A stretch of DNA of 64,000 nucleotides from an uncultured archaeon (GCA_964458565.1 CAYWJO010000002.1:72908-136907), one strand, 5' to 3'. Shown: positions 29,078-39,220, counted from the first letter of the stretch. Made by a program: numbers and translations. The notes: generated from the letters alone by a model not told the origin.

Positions 29078-30393
29078 GCGTCCCTGTAAGTCTGCCATTC
29101 CCAGTCTGTTACAGCGAAATTAATGTACTCTATCCATTCTTCTCTCTTTATTTTAAGAAATGACTTAGCCACACCCTCTCCAAGAGCCTTCAGAATCACT
29201 TTATCATTCTCAAGGCAATTCAGTGCAATTCCAAGATTTGGAGGTAACATTGTAATTCCTAATTTTTCTCTCTCCTTATCGCTCATATGAAAGATGTCTT
29301 CAGTCCTAGGTTCTGGAGGCGTGAGTTTTTTATCAATCCCATCAAGACCTGCTGCAAATAGTGCAGTAAATAGGAGATATGGATTTGTCATTGGATCCGC
29401 GGACCTGAATTCAAGTGCTGCTTTCAGTCCTTCGACAAACATTGGCACCCGGACAAGCGCAGTGCGATTCATAAATCCCCATGAAACATAAACTGGCGCC
29501 TCGTAATGCGGGACCAATCGTTTGTATGAATTTACAGTCGGATTTGCAATGGCTGTTATTGCTGGTGCATGTTCAAGAAGTCCGGCAACAAATGATTTAG
29601 CTATTTCAGAGAGTTCATCGCCCTGATTTTGACCAAAAAGATTCTTCTCACCATCCCATAGTTGTAGGTGACAATGCATTCCATTACCAGCGGCCTTAGG
29701 GAATGGCTTTGGCATGAAGGTTACACCTATTCCATTCGAGAGTGCAATAGCTCTAGCAACATTCTTGAAAAGTAAAATATAATCCGCCATTTTTCTCGCT
29801 TCTTCATACTCCAACTCAATTTCCTGTTGAGATTCTCCTACTTCATGGTGGATTACGCGAGGATGTATACCTATAGTTTGAATCGCGGTGGCAATTTCAA
29901 GCAAGATATCTCCACTGAGATTCTGGGGATATGTATCAGCATATTTCCCACGGTCATACGGTCCTCCTTCCGGATGTACAAAATGGAATTCGGGTTCAAT
30001 CTTTATCTGGAGATGCATATTATCAGGTACACTCTCGCAGAATGAATGCAGGACGCCTCGCGTATCTTGAGAATAATATCCTTTGGCTTCTGTAAGTACA
30101 GCGGATTTCTCCTTTACGAAACACATTGCTGCCGCTGTTCGAGGGACTGAATATGGCAATTCGATAAGACTAGAGAAATCTGGCACCAATCTCAAATCAG
30201 ATGCCTCCACATTTGCAAGACCAGTAATCGAACTGCCATCAATGGATGTTCCATCCATCAATGCAGGATCACTGCGGACTTCTTCAATAGTTTCAACTGG
30301 TTTACAAGGTACTGTCATACCCTTCATTCGACCCAATATATCCACAAATTGAAACTCAATATACTCGATTGGATCCATTTGCTTCTGCTCCAC
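29074..30393 (-). CDS. glnA: Glutamine synthetase type I family
   Basis: DGSS, HHEV..Q.E, FMPKP...GNGMH, NSYKRLVP, NRTAL.R, EFRSAD. Confidence 0.92.
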   Translation of the reverse strand: MEQKQMDPIEYIEFQFVDILGRMKGMTVPCKPVETIEEVRSDPALMDGTSIDGSSITGLANVEASDLRLVPDFSSLIELPYSVPRTAAAMCFVKEKSAVLTEAKGYYSQDTRGVLHSFCESVPDNMHLQIKIEPEFHFVHPEGGPYDRGKYADTYPQNLSGDILLEIATAIQTIGIHPRVIHHEVGESQQEIELEYEEARKMADYILLFKNVARAIALSNGIGVTFMPKPFPKAAGNGMHCHLQLWDGEKNLFGQNQGDELSEIAKSFVAGLLEHAPAITAIANPTVNSYKRLVPHYEAPVYVSWGFMNRTALVRVPMFVEGLKAALEFRSADPMTNPYLLFTALFAAGLDGIDKKLTPPEPRTEDIFHMSDKEREKLGITMLPPNLGIALNCLENDKVILKALGEGVAKSFLKIKREEWIEYINFAVTDWEWQTYRDA

Positions 30394-30454
30394 TCTGATT
30401 GATGCACCTAGGCGCGGACATCCCCCTAATTAAAACCTGCTTTATATATCAAAA

Positions 30455-30775
30455 CTATCCCCAAAGCTCTCTGTACCATATCTCTGCTTCATCTCCAAGC
30501 TCTAATCGGACGGATCCGCTGAGAACACTGACCTCTTCACCCTCTTTCACTTCAAAATTAATTGCCTGGATTCTGATTGCTTTCTTCTCAAGATGTACAT
30601 TGTTGATATTTCTTGCATGCATACGTGCTACTCTTTTTCCCCCATCCATAACCAGCAGGAGTTCTTCATAGGTGATATCACACTTCATCTTGAATTTATT
30701 TTCCTTGAAGTCACCAACGTGTGTATCCAAGTTACTAAACTCTGTCTTGATATTCTCAGCTTTCATTGCACTCAA
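30455..30775 (-). CDS. Small beta-rich hypothetical protein (possible PH-like fold)
   Basis: Alternating beta strands followed by a C-terminal Trp-containing helix. Confidence 0.55.
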   Translation of the reverse strand: MSAMKAENIKTEFSNLDTHVGDFKENKFKMKCDITYEELLLVMDGGKRVARMHARNINNVHLEKKAIRIQAINFEVKEGEEVSVLSGSVRLELGDEAEIWYRELWG

Positions 30776-30864
30776 ACCAAATCCAAGTATTTTCCTTAAT
30801 AATGTCTGGCTTCATGGAAATGATAAGACAAAAAACATCTTTCAGCTTACATTTGGTGAAGATT

Positions 30865-31680
30865 ATGATTAAGGGATTACATATTGGAACAAGTGGATGG
30901 TCCTATCCAGAAGATTGGAAGGATGTATTTTATCATAAATCAGCTACGCCTCTTCAACAATACCTTACGTATTTTGACACTGCTGAGATTAACTCATCAT
31001 TCTATGCACTGCCCTCCCCAAAATTCATCAAACATCTTATGTCTCCTGTTGCCGAGGGAAAATTCTTCACAGCAAAATTACCAAAAGCTGTAACGCATGA
31101 TAATCGTTTGAAACTAGAGGGAGCGGGTGGAGTTGTTCTGGATGAATACTTCGAATTATTTCGCCCTCTACGAGCTAGATTAGCTGCTCTTCTAATCCAG
31201 CTTCCTCCTTGGAACATTGAAAAGATGGGGGATGTAGAGACTTTTTTAGCTGCACTTGATCCCTCATTCAGATATGCTATAGAGTTTAGAGATGAGAGTT
31301 GGCTGGTTCCACGAATTTGGTCATTGCTGGAAAAATACAAGATTGCGCACGTCATTGTTGATGAACCCAAGCTTCCAATCAATCTTCAAGTGACAACAGA
31401 TTTTTCGTATATCCGTTGGCATGGCCATGGTACAAATCCTTGGTTCTACTATCGTTATTCAATTGAAGAATTAGAGGCGTGGCTACCTCGATTAGATTCT
31501 TTGAAGGGGGAAACAGATACTATACTCGGTTACTTCAATAATCATTTTGAGGCATACTCTCCTCTAAACGCTTTTCAAATGCTTCAACTACTTGATATGG
31601 CAAATCAGAAACAGATTACAAAACTAGAGAGGATGTTAAGCAAGCTCTCCGTTGACCAAACGCATCTTAGTGATTTTTAA
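30865..31680 (+). CDS. DUF72 (YecE-like) protein
   Basis: IGTSGWSY, EINSSFY, LIQLPP, AIEFR, YIRWHG, YFNN. Confidence 0.93.
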   Translation: MIKGLHIGTSGWSYPEDWKDVFYHKSATPLQQYLTYFDTAEINSSFYALPSPKFIKHLMSPVAEGKFFTAKLPKAVTHDNRLKLEGAGGVVLDEYFELFRPLRARLAALLIQLPPWNIEKMGDVETFLAALDPSFRYAIEFRDESWLVPRIWSLLEKYKIAHVIVDEPKLPINLQVTTDFSYIRWHGHGTNPWFYYRYSIEELEAWLPRLDSLKGETDTILGYFNNHFEAYSPLNAFQMLQLLDMANQKQITKLERMLSKLSVDQTHLSDF

Positions 31681-31790
31681 TTAGTAGAGAATGTGACTGC
31701 AAATTTTCATATCATGAAATCAAAATTATTGCCATCTCGAAAGCTTGATAAGCATAGTCTAGGCTCCATGGCGAGAAAGGTGAATATTGA

Positions 31791-32237
31791 ATGAGCTTTG
31801 ACATTATTCCTGAGCCTGCAGTCAGATCCCCGACTGACGCAAAAGCACGAAGAGGTCGTGGATTCAGTAAGAGTGAGATTACCAAAGCTGGTTTAGGTGT
31901 TAAGGAAGCACGTGATATGGGTCTCATTATTGATTTGCGACGCAAGACTCTATATGATGAGAATGTTGAAGCACTGAACCAGTATATTATTGACCTTGAA
32001 TCATATGTATCCGCACTTGAAGCAGAAGCACCATCAGCAGGAGCAGACTATGAAGCTATATCTCTTCTATCCTCACTTAAAGAAGTGAAGAAGTCTGATG
32101 CTGAGAAGCTTGTGAAATCTGGTATTCGGACTTTTGAAGACTTGGCTTATTGTGAGATTGATAAGGTAACAAAGAAGAGTGGGATCGATGAAGATACTCT
32201 CACAGCCATGATTAAATCTGCTTTGAAGAAGGTCTAG
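31791..32237 (+). CDS. rpl13e: Ribosomal protein eL13 fused to a C-terminal HhH domain
   Basis: R.GRGFS..E...AG, G..ID.RRKT...NV; C-terminal AEKLVKSGIRTFEDLA HhH. Confidence 0.88.
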   Translation: MSFDIIPEPAVRSPTDAKARRGRGFSKSEITKAGLGVKEARDMGLIIDLRRKTLYDENVEALNQYIIDLESYVSALEAEAPSAGADYEAISLLSSLKEVKKSDAEKLVKSGIRTFEDLAYCEIDKVTKKSGIDEDTLTAMIKSALKKV

Positions 32238-32249
32238 TGTGACATTTGT

Positions 32250-33374
32250 ATGGAGGGTGGTCGCGTGTCTTACGACCATCTAATCAATTTCTTGAAGTCC
32301 AATCCAGAAACGAAATCTGTCGTAATCCTACCGGACTTCTTTGTTGACCATTTTGTAATTACAGACACTCTTAGTTCTTTTACAACTAATCTGAAACGGC
32401 TCGCCGAGCAGGGTGGCGGAAACTTGCTTGGCACCAAGCATATCATTCGTCGTGGTGGAAACACTATCAATACCGCATCAGCACTATTGAAACTTGGAAT
32501 GAATCCAACCCCAATCATTACAACTGATAAAACGGGTGCGGAGTTACTCAAATCCTTAGTAGATCCAAGTCTCGATTTGACACACATTCACACGGATGGA
32601 AAACTTGCTGCTACAGTCTCAATAGAACTCGAATATAATAGTAGACCTGTCAATCTTATGGTGAGTGATAGCGGGTCATTAATTGATTTTTCATATTCGC
32701 GTCTGACTGATGAAGATATTCGTGTACTTAGTGACGCTGATCTTGTTGCATTACTATGTCTAAATCACAACAAAAATGGAGTCTCGCTAGCTCGAGAATT
32801 ATTCTCAATGTTAAAATCAAACGGGAAATCCTTGACACTCATGGATACTGGAGACCCTTCAGGCAATCCTGAACTTATACCCTCATTGACAAAAGATGTG
32901 CTCTCAGAAGGGTTAGTTGATATTCTTGGTGTTAATGAAACTGAAATTGGTTGGTTTGCTGCTGCTACTTCAAATGATTACACTCGTTGGAAACTCGGAA
33001 AACTAGAGCCTCATGATTGGCTGCGAGCTGCGGAGTTGGTTTCGCGCGAATTCAACCTACGTGTAGATTTACATACCCCCCTCTTCTCGGCTAGTGTATC
33101 TGAGGTAACAACCGCAGTTCCCGCCTTCATTAGTGAATCCCACATATCCTGTGGAGCTGGTGATGCTTGGAACGCTGGTAATATCTATTGCACTCTTCAT
33201 GAACTACCTGATAACGACCGATTGGTGTTTGCAAATGCGTTAGCCACACTCTATGTATCATCTGCACAAGCCGAACATCCGTCAAGGTCGGAGATTATAT
33301 CATTTCTACAAGCGTTGCCACCAGTTTCAGTCTCTGCGAGCAAGCTACTTAAATCGGAATTACATAAAGAATAA
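32250..33374 (+). CDS. PfkB/ribokinase family kinase
   Basis: RGGN, NETE, GAGDAWNAG. Confidence 0.88.
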   Translation: MEGGRVSYDHLINFLKSNPETKSVVILPDFFVDHFVITDTLSSFTTNLKRLAEQGGGNLLGTKHIIRRGGNTINTASALLKLGMNPTPIITTDKTGAELLKSLVDPSLDLTHIHTDGKLAATVSIELEYNSRPVNLMVSDSGSLIDFSYSRLTDEDIRVLSDADLVALLCLNHNKNGVSLARELFSMLKSNGKSLTLMDTGDPSGNPELIPSLTKDVLSEGLVDILGVNETEIGWFAAATSNDYTRWKLGKLEPHDWLRAAELVSREFNLRVDLHTPLFSASVSEVTTAVPAFISESHISCGAGDAWNAGNIYCTLHELPDNDRLVFANALATLYVSSAQAEHPSRSEIISFLQALPPVSVSASKLLKSELHKE

Positions 33375-33404
33375 CGTATTTGCCGGTCTTAGAAGGATGA
33401 AGCA

Positions 33405-34307
33405 GTGGAACTGGAGCGAGTATTAACCAAACTGAAATTCGATGAGGATGTTAGTGGTTTTGCTCTCGTAACAAATGATGGTGCACCATTTCTATCATTT
33501 GGTCTCCCTGAAGCTGTATTACCCCAGATAAAAGGAACATTGGCAATTCATGCCGATTCTCTTAAACTCATGAACGTCATGACTGGAGCTGGCACAGTTG
33601 TACTTGCAAGAATAGATTTGAATTGGGTACTTGCTGTTCTATTTGTACCAGAATTGAATCTTGGATCTGCATTACAGAGAACAAAAGATGTCATTGACCT
33701 CATGGATCAAGTCGATTTGCCTCCTCCTCCTGATATTTCAACACAAATCTCGGATACGTTAGAAGAAGTCCCTGAGATTAAAGACTCTATTATAAGTCAG
33801 GTAGAAACGCATGAGGAATATCCTGTTCGTGATGATGTCGTCGTCCGCCACGGATGCATCATTCATAAAGGTAAGAGGTATGATGAGGCACTTAGAATCG
33901 AGTCGCAGTTGTATATGGAACTGAAAAGCCATTATTCCAATACTGGGCTCGATATTTTAATGATGATCAATGATAAGAGAAGTTCATCTAAGATTGCTGA
34001 AGAGGTTGGTAAGAATCTGGACCAAGTTATTGCAGTGCTTCAATGGTGCTACAACTACCACCTCATTGATGCAGAATGTCCTGAGGGCCAAGATCCAGGT
34101 ACAAGGGAGATTGTAGAAGTTCCGCTATATGAGGGTGAACTCGCTAAGGCAAAGAAGGAAGATCGTGATGTCTTGGCTTTGTGTGATGGCACAAGGACAG
34201 TTCACGAGATTGCAGATATTTTGGGTATTCTTTACTTCAAAGCGTTGCAAAGCATAGTTCCATATCGTGGCAAGACTCTCAAAATGATCCGGCATACAAA
34301 GAATTAA
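33405..34307 (+). CDS. Roadblock/LC7-like domain + two winged-helix domains (paralog A)
   Basis: VSGFALVTNDG N-terminus, PPPP linker, CDGTRTVHEIA wHTH; clear paralog of 36213-37190. Confidence 0.65.
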   Translation: MELERVLTKLKFDEDVSGFALVTNDGAPFLSFGLPEAVLPQIKGTLAIHADSLKLMNVMTGAGTVVLARIDLNWVLAVLFVPELNLGSALQRTKDVIDLMDQVDLPPPPDISTQISDTLEEVPEIKDSIISQVETHEEYPVRDDVVVRHGCIIHKGKRYDEALRIESQLYMELKSHYSNTGLDILMMINDKRSSSKIAEEVGKNLDQVIAVLQWCYNYHLIDAECPEGQDPGTREIVEVPLYEGELAKAKKEDRDVLALCDGTRTVHEIADILGILYFKALQSIVPYRGKTLKMIRHTKN

Positions 34308-34324
34308 TCCGAGGAACGAAAAAT

Positions 34325-34828
34325 ATGGGAATCAAAGGAAAACTAGCATGGGCTCTTAAAATAGATAAAGTCTCTAAACCTCTGTTTCAGGCTATCTATA
34401 GAGAGATGATGAATCAACTAATGGCTTCAAGCGATAGTGTTCAGGAGATAAACCAGAAAATCAAGGATATTGGTTTTAAGGTGGGAGAACACCTGTTACT
34501 AGACTATGCTGAAAAAATCAAAGAACATGCGGCCGAATTTCATGAATTCGGTTCAACACTTCAGCTAGCATACAAGGTAAATTCAGGTCAGGATTTCAGT
34601 GATGTATGGGTGAGTGACGACAGAACAACTCTCAAGTTCACAGACGCTGATTGTCCAATTTGCGAAGGTGTAGTCATAACGGATATGCCCGGACTTCAAT
34701 ATTGTAATCTAATTAGTGGGGTTTTTCAGGCTGTTCTTGACCTTCGCGGATTCACTGGACAAACATACCAGGAATCCTGTAAAGCGCTTGGTGATAAGGA
34801 GTGCGTATGGACTATCAAGAGAATCTGA
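34325..34828 (+). CDS. V4R/Bet3(TRAPP)-like domain protein
   Basis: IG.KVG..L, DCPIC, YC..ISG, ESCKALGDKEC. Confidence 0.8.
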   Translation: MGIKGKLAWALKIDKVSKPLFQAIYREMMNQLMASSDSVQEINQKIKDIGFKVGEHLLLDYAEKIKEHAAEFHEFGSTLQLAYKVNSGQDFSDVWVSDDRTTLKFTDADCPICEGVVITDMPGLQYCNLISGVFQAVLDLRGFTGQTYQESCKALGDKECVWTIKRI

Positions 34829-34948
34829 AACTAAATCCGAGTAGAGGGATAATGCATAAAGATAATTAGCATTCATTCCTCTATTAGAGTGTTTGAGCAC
34901 GCCTATGAGTTGCTCTAATACTAGTGATATCCAAGGAGCGCCAAGAAA

Positions 34949-35449
34949 TTGGGACAAGCAATCGGTGCATTATTCGGGTTACTGACTACATTTCTACTGA
35001 CATTTGTAATCCTTATGTTTGGAGCTTTCATTCCTGCTGACGTCGTTAGTACTACAATAGTATCGAATTTTCTAGGTTATAACGACCTCGAGATTAAGTT
35101 AGCAATTGTTGGAAGCCTTTTGTATCCTCCCTATCTGGGTGATATTCTTCCATATGCGGTATCCCAAAGCACTGTGCTGATGGCTGTCGCGTGGGGTACT
35201 GGAGGCCTTGTTGCGGGACTTCTCTCACGTGATATTGTTCAAGGGATTTTCGCAGCACTCTTTGCGGTCATAATTGGAGCTTTGCTAACATGGCTGATAG
35301 TTTTCATTGTAGGTACAGAAGACCTCACTGCAATCTTTAGTTCACTCTCGCTACGTCTCATGCAAGACACATTGATGGGTGCTCTATATCCAGGAATTGC
35401 CGCTGTTATTGGAGGTATATTGGGTGGAGGTATCACTAGAGAGAGGTGA
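34949..35449 (+). CDS. Gly-rich multi-TM membrane protein
   Basis: Four hydrophobic segments with GxxxG motifs. Confidence 0.7.
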   Translation: MGQAIGALFGLLTTFLLTFVILMFGAFIPADVVSTTIVSNFLGYNDLEIKLAIVGSLLYPPYLGDILPYAVSQSTVLMAVAWGTGGLVAGLLSRDIVQGIFAALFAVIIGALLTWLIVFIVGTEDLTAIFSSLSLRLMQDTLMGALYPGIAAVIGGILGGGITRER

Positions 35450-36014
35450 CATTCTCCTCTCTTAGTTTCTCTCCGCATTCGGAGCAGATTAATGGATTTG
35501 ATTTGAAAATCGCTCCACATGGGCATTTTGTTTCGATTTTAATAGGTTGAGGTTGTTCTTTTTCCGATTGTATCTTCGACAGCAATATCCAAACAGGAAT
35601 AGCTGCAGGAAGAGTTAGCGGTATCATAATTAGAGCACAAACAACGTGTAATAAAATTCCTACATTTCGTAGTGCCTGATCGGTGGTCCATAGGGCTGGA
35701 TCAAGAATGAAAATGGATGCAAGTGACACAATTGAAACAATTAATGCAAACCATAATGCAGTACGTAATGTATTCCACTTTGATGATGCAGAGAGTCCCC
35801 CAAAAATACCTACTATAATCCAAATGAGAACGAATTGAATAATATACTCCGAGTCTGTTATTAGAATTGCTGGATGTAACAATTCACTTCCAAATAATAT
35901 TAGACTAAACCATTGAAAATTGGATGGATACAAGGGATTTGTGATCACAATAAGATTCACAGCAAGAATGCATCCAGCAACGAATCCAATAATCCCACCT
36001 AGTATATTTTTCAT
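35436..36014 (-). CDS. Multi-TM membrane protein with C-terminal Zn ribbon
   Basis: About four TMs; CPCG...CSECG. Confidence 0.7.
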   Translation of the reverse strand: MKNILGGIIGFVAGCILAVNLIVITNPLYPSNFQWFSLILFGSELLHPAILITDSEYIIQFVLIWIIVGIFGGLSASSKWNTLRTALWFALIVSIVSLASIFILDPALWTTDQALRNVGILLHVVCALIMIPLTLPAAIPVWILLSKIQSEKEQPQPIKIETKCPCGAIFKSNPLICSECGEKLREENVTSL

Positions 36015-36212
36015 GTTTTTTCCTCATCCAAATTTCTTGTCATTGGGATATCATTATCCTCTTAATCGTATTCATAGCTGTTCATATATTACATCGATTC
36101 AAGTAGCTGATGAATATAAGTGCAACACCACAATGCTTTTCAGACTACTTTCGCTTCCTAACATGGCCGTACAAGTTTACATTGACAGATAGAGGCAACG
36201 AGGTATATAACA

Positions 36213-37190
36213 GTGTCAACAGATCTTGAAAGAGCATTATCAAAACTCAGATTCGATGATCAAGTAATTGGCTATTCACTCATGACAAAAGCAGGTAGAC
36301 CTTTTGTTAGTTTTGCTTTTCCTGATGATTTATTTCCGCGTGTAAGAGACAGCATAGGCCTCTATAAGACCGATTTACGACTTATGACAATCGATACTGA
36401 GAAAGGATTGGTTGTATTATCGCCCGTAGATGAGAATTGGATTCTCACAGTTCTCTACGTACCCGAGCTTCAATTGGGGTTAGCTATCGCAAAAACGAAA
36501 AATGTTCTTCGTTTGCTTGAGGGAATAGAACTACCTCCACCACCTGAAGAGTTTGAAGAATCCGCAGAAACGAATCTTCAAGTTCTTGAGAGTATCGCCA
36601 TCAAAGCAGCCTCAACTGAATCCGAACCAGTTGCGGACACGACTGAAATCCCAGTTATTGCCATCGAGCCTGTACCAGAAAAAAAGCAGCTAACTGCTGC
36701 TGACTTCAATGTTCTTCCATCAACCATCCCAAAGAGAGGTACTGAGTATTCTACTACTCTATCTCTGGAATCTGATTTGTACCAAAAAATGAAAACAGAA
36801 TATCGTAACTTCGGGTTTGATGTGTTGATGCTGGTCAATGGGGAATTAAATGTTGAACAAATTGCTGATTCAATGTTTCAATCCACTGATCGAGTCACTG
36901 ATCTTTTAAAATGGGCTGCAATTCAAGGCATTGTTGAGGTGCCAATCACTGAAGTTCAAGCAGACGTTGCTGTAGCATCAACATCGGTAGGACGATTCGT
37001 GAAGTGTCCCCGTTTCGAGGGTGATATAACAAAAATCGACGATGATCATGCAACTATCATCAAGCTTTGTGATGGGACGAGGACCACTACAGAAATTTCC
37101 AAGGCAGCAGGTGTACCGGAGTCTAAGGTTATACAACTCTTAGCTCGGTATAGAAAAGATGGTATGAAGATGATTGGTAAGTCGGTATAA
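36213..37190 (+). CDS. Roadblock/LC7-like domain + two winged-helix domains (paralog B)
   Basis: VIGYSLMTKAG, PPPP, NGELNVEQIA, CDGTRTTTEIS. Confidence 0.65.
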   Translation: MSTDLERALSKLRFDDQVIGYSLMTKAGRPFVSFAFPDDLFPRVRDSIGLYKTDLRLMTIDTEKGLVVLSPVDENWILTVLYVPELQLGLAIAKTKNVLRLLEGIELPPPPEEFEESAETNLQVLESIAIKAASTESEPVADTTEIPVIAIEPVPEKKQLTAADFNVLPSTIPKRGTEYSTTLSLESDLYQKMKTEYRNFGFDVLMLVNGELNVEQIADSMFQSTDRVTDLLKWAAIQGIVEVPITEVQADVAVASTSVGRFVKCPRFEGDITKIDDDHATIIKLCDGTRTTTEISKAAGVPESKVIQLLARYRKDGMKMIGKSV

Positions 37191-37218
37191 TTGATTAAAA
37201 TTCTGGAGAACTGATATA

Positions 37219-37692
37219 ATGGTAAAAATCGATAACCCATTATTTCTTAGTCTATATGCTCAGACTGTTGAGAAGATTCTTGATGAAACTGGAAATATAG
37301 ATGAAGCAAATCAAAGATTGAGGGACTTGGGTCGATCACTTGGTCAACATCTCTTTCTTACCACCGAAATTGCTACCAAGACCAAGGATACAATCCAGAC
37401 GCGTGAGGATGTAGCCAAACTGATAGAAATAACATTCAGAACACTATTTGATAGGAAGCCCTCAGAACTAGACATGGAATCGGCGCGTGGTTCTGTTAGA
37501 GTTGCTGACAAAGACTGTGTATTTTGTCAAGAGGTAAACCTTGAAGGGATGAGAGGTTTCGGATATTGTGAAGCCTTTAGTGGAATTCTCGAAGCTCTTC
37601 TTGAGTACAAGGGAGTTGACTCCAAAGTGTTTCAAGAACTGAGTAAAGCCACAGGCGCAGAATCATGTGTATGGAATGTAAGGCTCTCCTAA
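37219..37692 (+). CDS. V4R/Bet3(TRAPP)-like domain protein
   Basis: LRDLGRSLGQHL, DCVFC, YCEAFSGILE, SCVW. Confidence 0.8.
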   Translation: MVKIDNPLFLSLYAQTVEKILDETGNIDEANQRLRDLGRSLGQHLFLTTEIATKTKDTIQTREDVAKLIEITFRTLFDRKPSELDMESARGSVRVADKDCVFCQEVNLEGMRGFGYCEAFSGILEALLEYKGVDSKVFQELSKATGAESCVWNVRLS

Positions 37693-37787
37693 TGTAATAT
37701 TATCCTTCAAATGTAACAAATTCCTACCTACACACACAAAGCACTTAACTTCGGTTTTATCGAAGTGAGATTAATGGAGAGTCCACG

Positions 37788-38333
37788 ATGTCAAAACAGG
37801 AACCAATAGAATGGTGGGCCGGTAGACTGAAAGAACGTGATTTAATGCGTGCGTTCTTCAGTAAAACCTGGAATAAAATAGGAAGCCGCATCGCAGTAAT
37901 GTTTCCCGATCGTGTTATGGACCTCTATTATAGCGCGGGACGATTGGCTGGATTAGAAACACAACGTGAATACTTCAGAGTGGGAAAGCAGAAACCCCCT
38001 GGGGACTTCAAAGGAATTGTAGAATTCATTAAGCTGACATTGGAAGTATTGATTATTCCTTTCGGTGATGTGAAAATATCCAAGCTCTACAAATTGTGGT
38101 TAGATGAGGAAGCCATTATCGAAATAAATGATAATCCATATGCTTCAGGATATGAGAGTGAGGAACCATCCTGTTATTTTCTTAAAGGGTTCATTGAGGC
38201 TGTCTTGGAGTACCTCACTGATTTCAACCGGATTGAGTATGAGAAGCTCATCGTCATTGAAGAAACTTGTATGTCTTCAGGAAACCAATCTTGCACATTC
38301 AAGATAACTCTCACATACCCTGCCCGTGGTTGA
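37788..38333 (+). CDS. V4R domain protein
   Basis: YSAGRLAG, NPYA, PSCYFLKG, EETCMSSGNQSC. Confidence 0.82.
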   Translation: MSKQEPIEWWAGRLKERDLMRAFFSKTWNKIGSRIAVMFPDRVMDLYYSAGRLAGLETQREYFRVGKQKPPGDFKGIVEFIKLTLEVLIIPFGDVKISKLYKLWLDEEAIIEINDNPYASGYESEEPSCYFLKGFIEAVLEYLTDFNRIEYEKLIVIEETCMSSGNQSCTFKITLTYPARG

Positions 38334-38403
38334 TTTTAGTACGATGTTTCTACAAACATAGGCCTTAATTAGCAAATGAGCTAGATTCTAGGTGGTGTAA
38401 ACA

Positions 38404-39165
38404 GTGGTCTCAAGTAGACTAAAGACCATAACTATGACATTTGCAGTAGCATTGATGATGACAGGGCTTGTAAGTGTGATTCTTTTGGGGACACAGCCTG
38501 GCAATGCGGAGATGATATTACAGGATATCAGCATTCCTGTAACTAAAGATGCAGGATTTCAGAATTATTCATTATCCATGAGCTCAGTTAGTGGTGGGAC
38601 TCTTGTTCTATTTACACCAAATAATCTCGGTACAATGACTACATATGGACTATTTGTCATAGCAATAGGAACTATATCCTTGGACAGGAGGGACCAAGAG
38701 AGATCAAAGTCTCTGAGAGAACAGATACATGATTGGATCTCTGAAAATCCTGGTGTACATCTGAGAGAAATCCAACGATGCATCGGATGTGCAATGGGTG
38801 CACTTCAATATCATATACACCAACTTGTAGATGATGGATATATAATCTCGATAAAGAATGGAAACACTAAACATTTCTTCAAATCAGGATTCTCAGAAGA
38901 CGGACAAGTGTTACTACTCACTGCGATAATGCGGAATCCCACAGTTCAATCAATTATATCAAAATGTTCATCGAATGATAGAATAACTCAGGCCGAACTG
39001 AGTAGAAGTCTTTCTCTCGATAAGAGTCTGGTCTCATACTATATCAGTCATCTTTTGAAAGCTGATATCCTTGAAACCATTCGAGTATTTGGGAGAGAGA
39101 AACCGTTGGTTCTAAACGAATGGGCATCAACAACAATCATAGGGTTGGGTCTTCTAGCTCAATAG
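38404..39165 (+). CDS. Membrane-associated double winged-helix regulator
   Basis: N-terminal TMs; I..NPGVHLREI...G..QYH; second HTH ITQAELS. Confidence 0.82.
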   Translation: MVSSRLKTITMTFAVALMMTGLVSVILLGTQPGNAEMILQDISIPVTKDAGFQNYSLSMSSVSGGTLVLFTPNNLGTMTTYGLFVIAIGTISLDRRDQERSKSLREQIHDWISENPGVHLREIQRCIGCAMGALQYHIHQLVDDGYIISIKNGNTKHFFKSGFSEDGQVLLLTAIMRNPTVQSIISKCSSNDRITQAELSRSLSLDKSLVSYYISHLLKADILETIRVFGREKPLVLNEWASTTIIGLGLLAQ

Positions 39166-39220
39166 TACAAGCTTTGCCCAACCTCTATCCTTATTTTCAA
39201 ACGAATTTGTTTTCAGTGTA

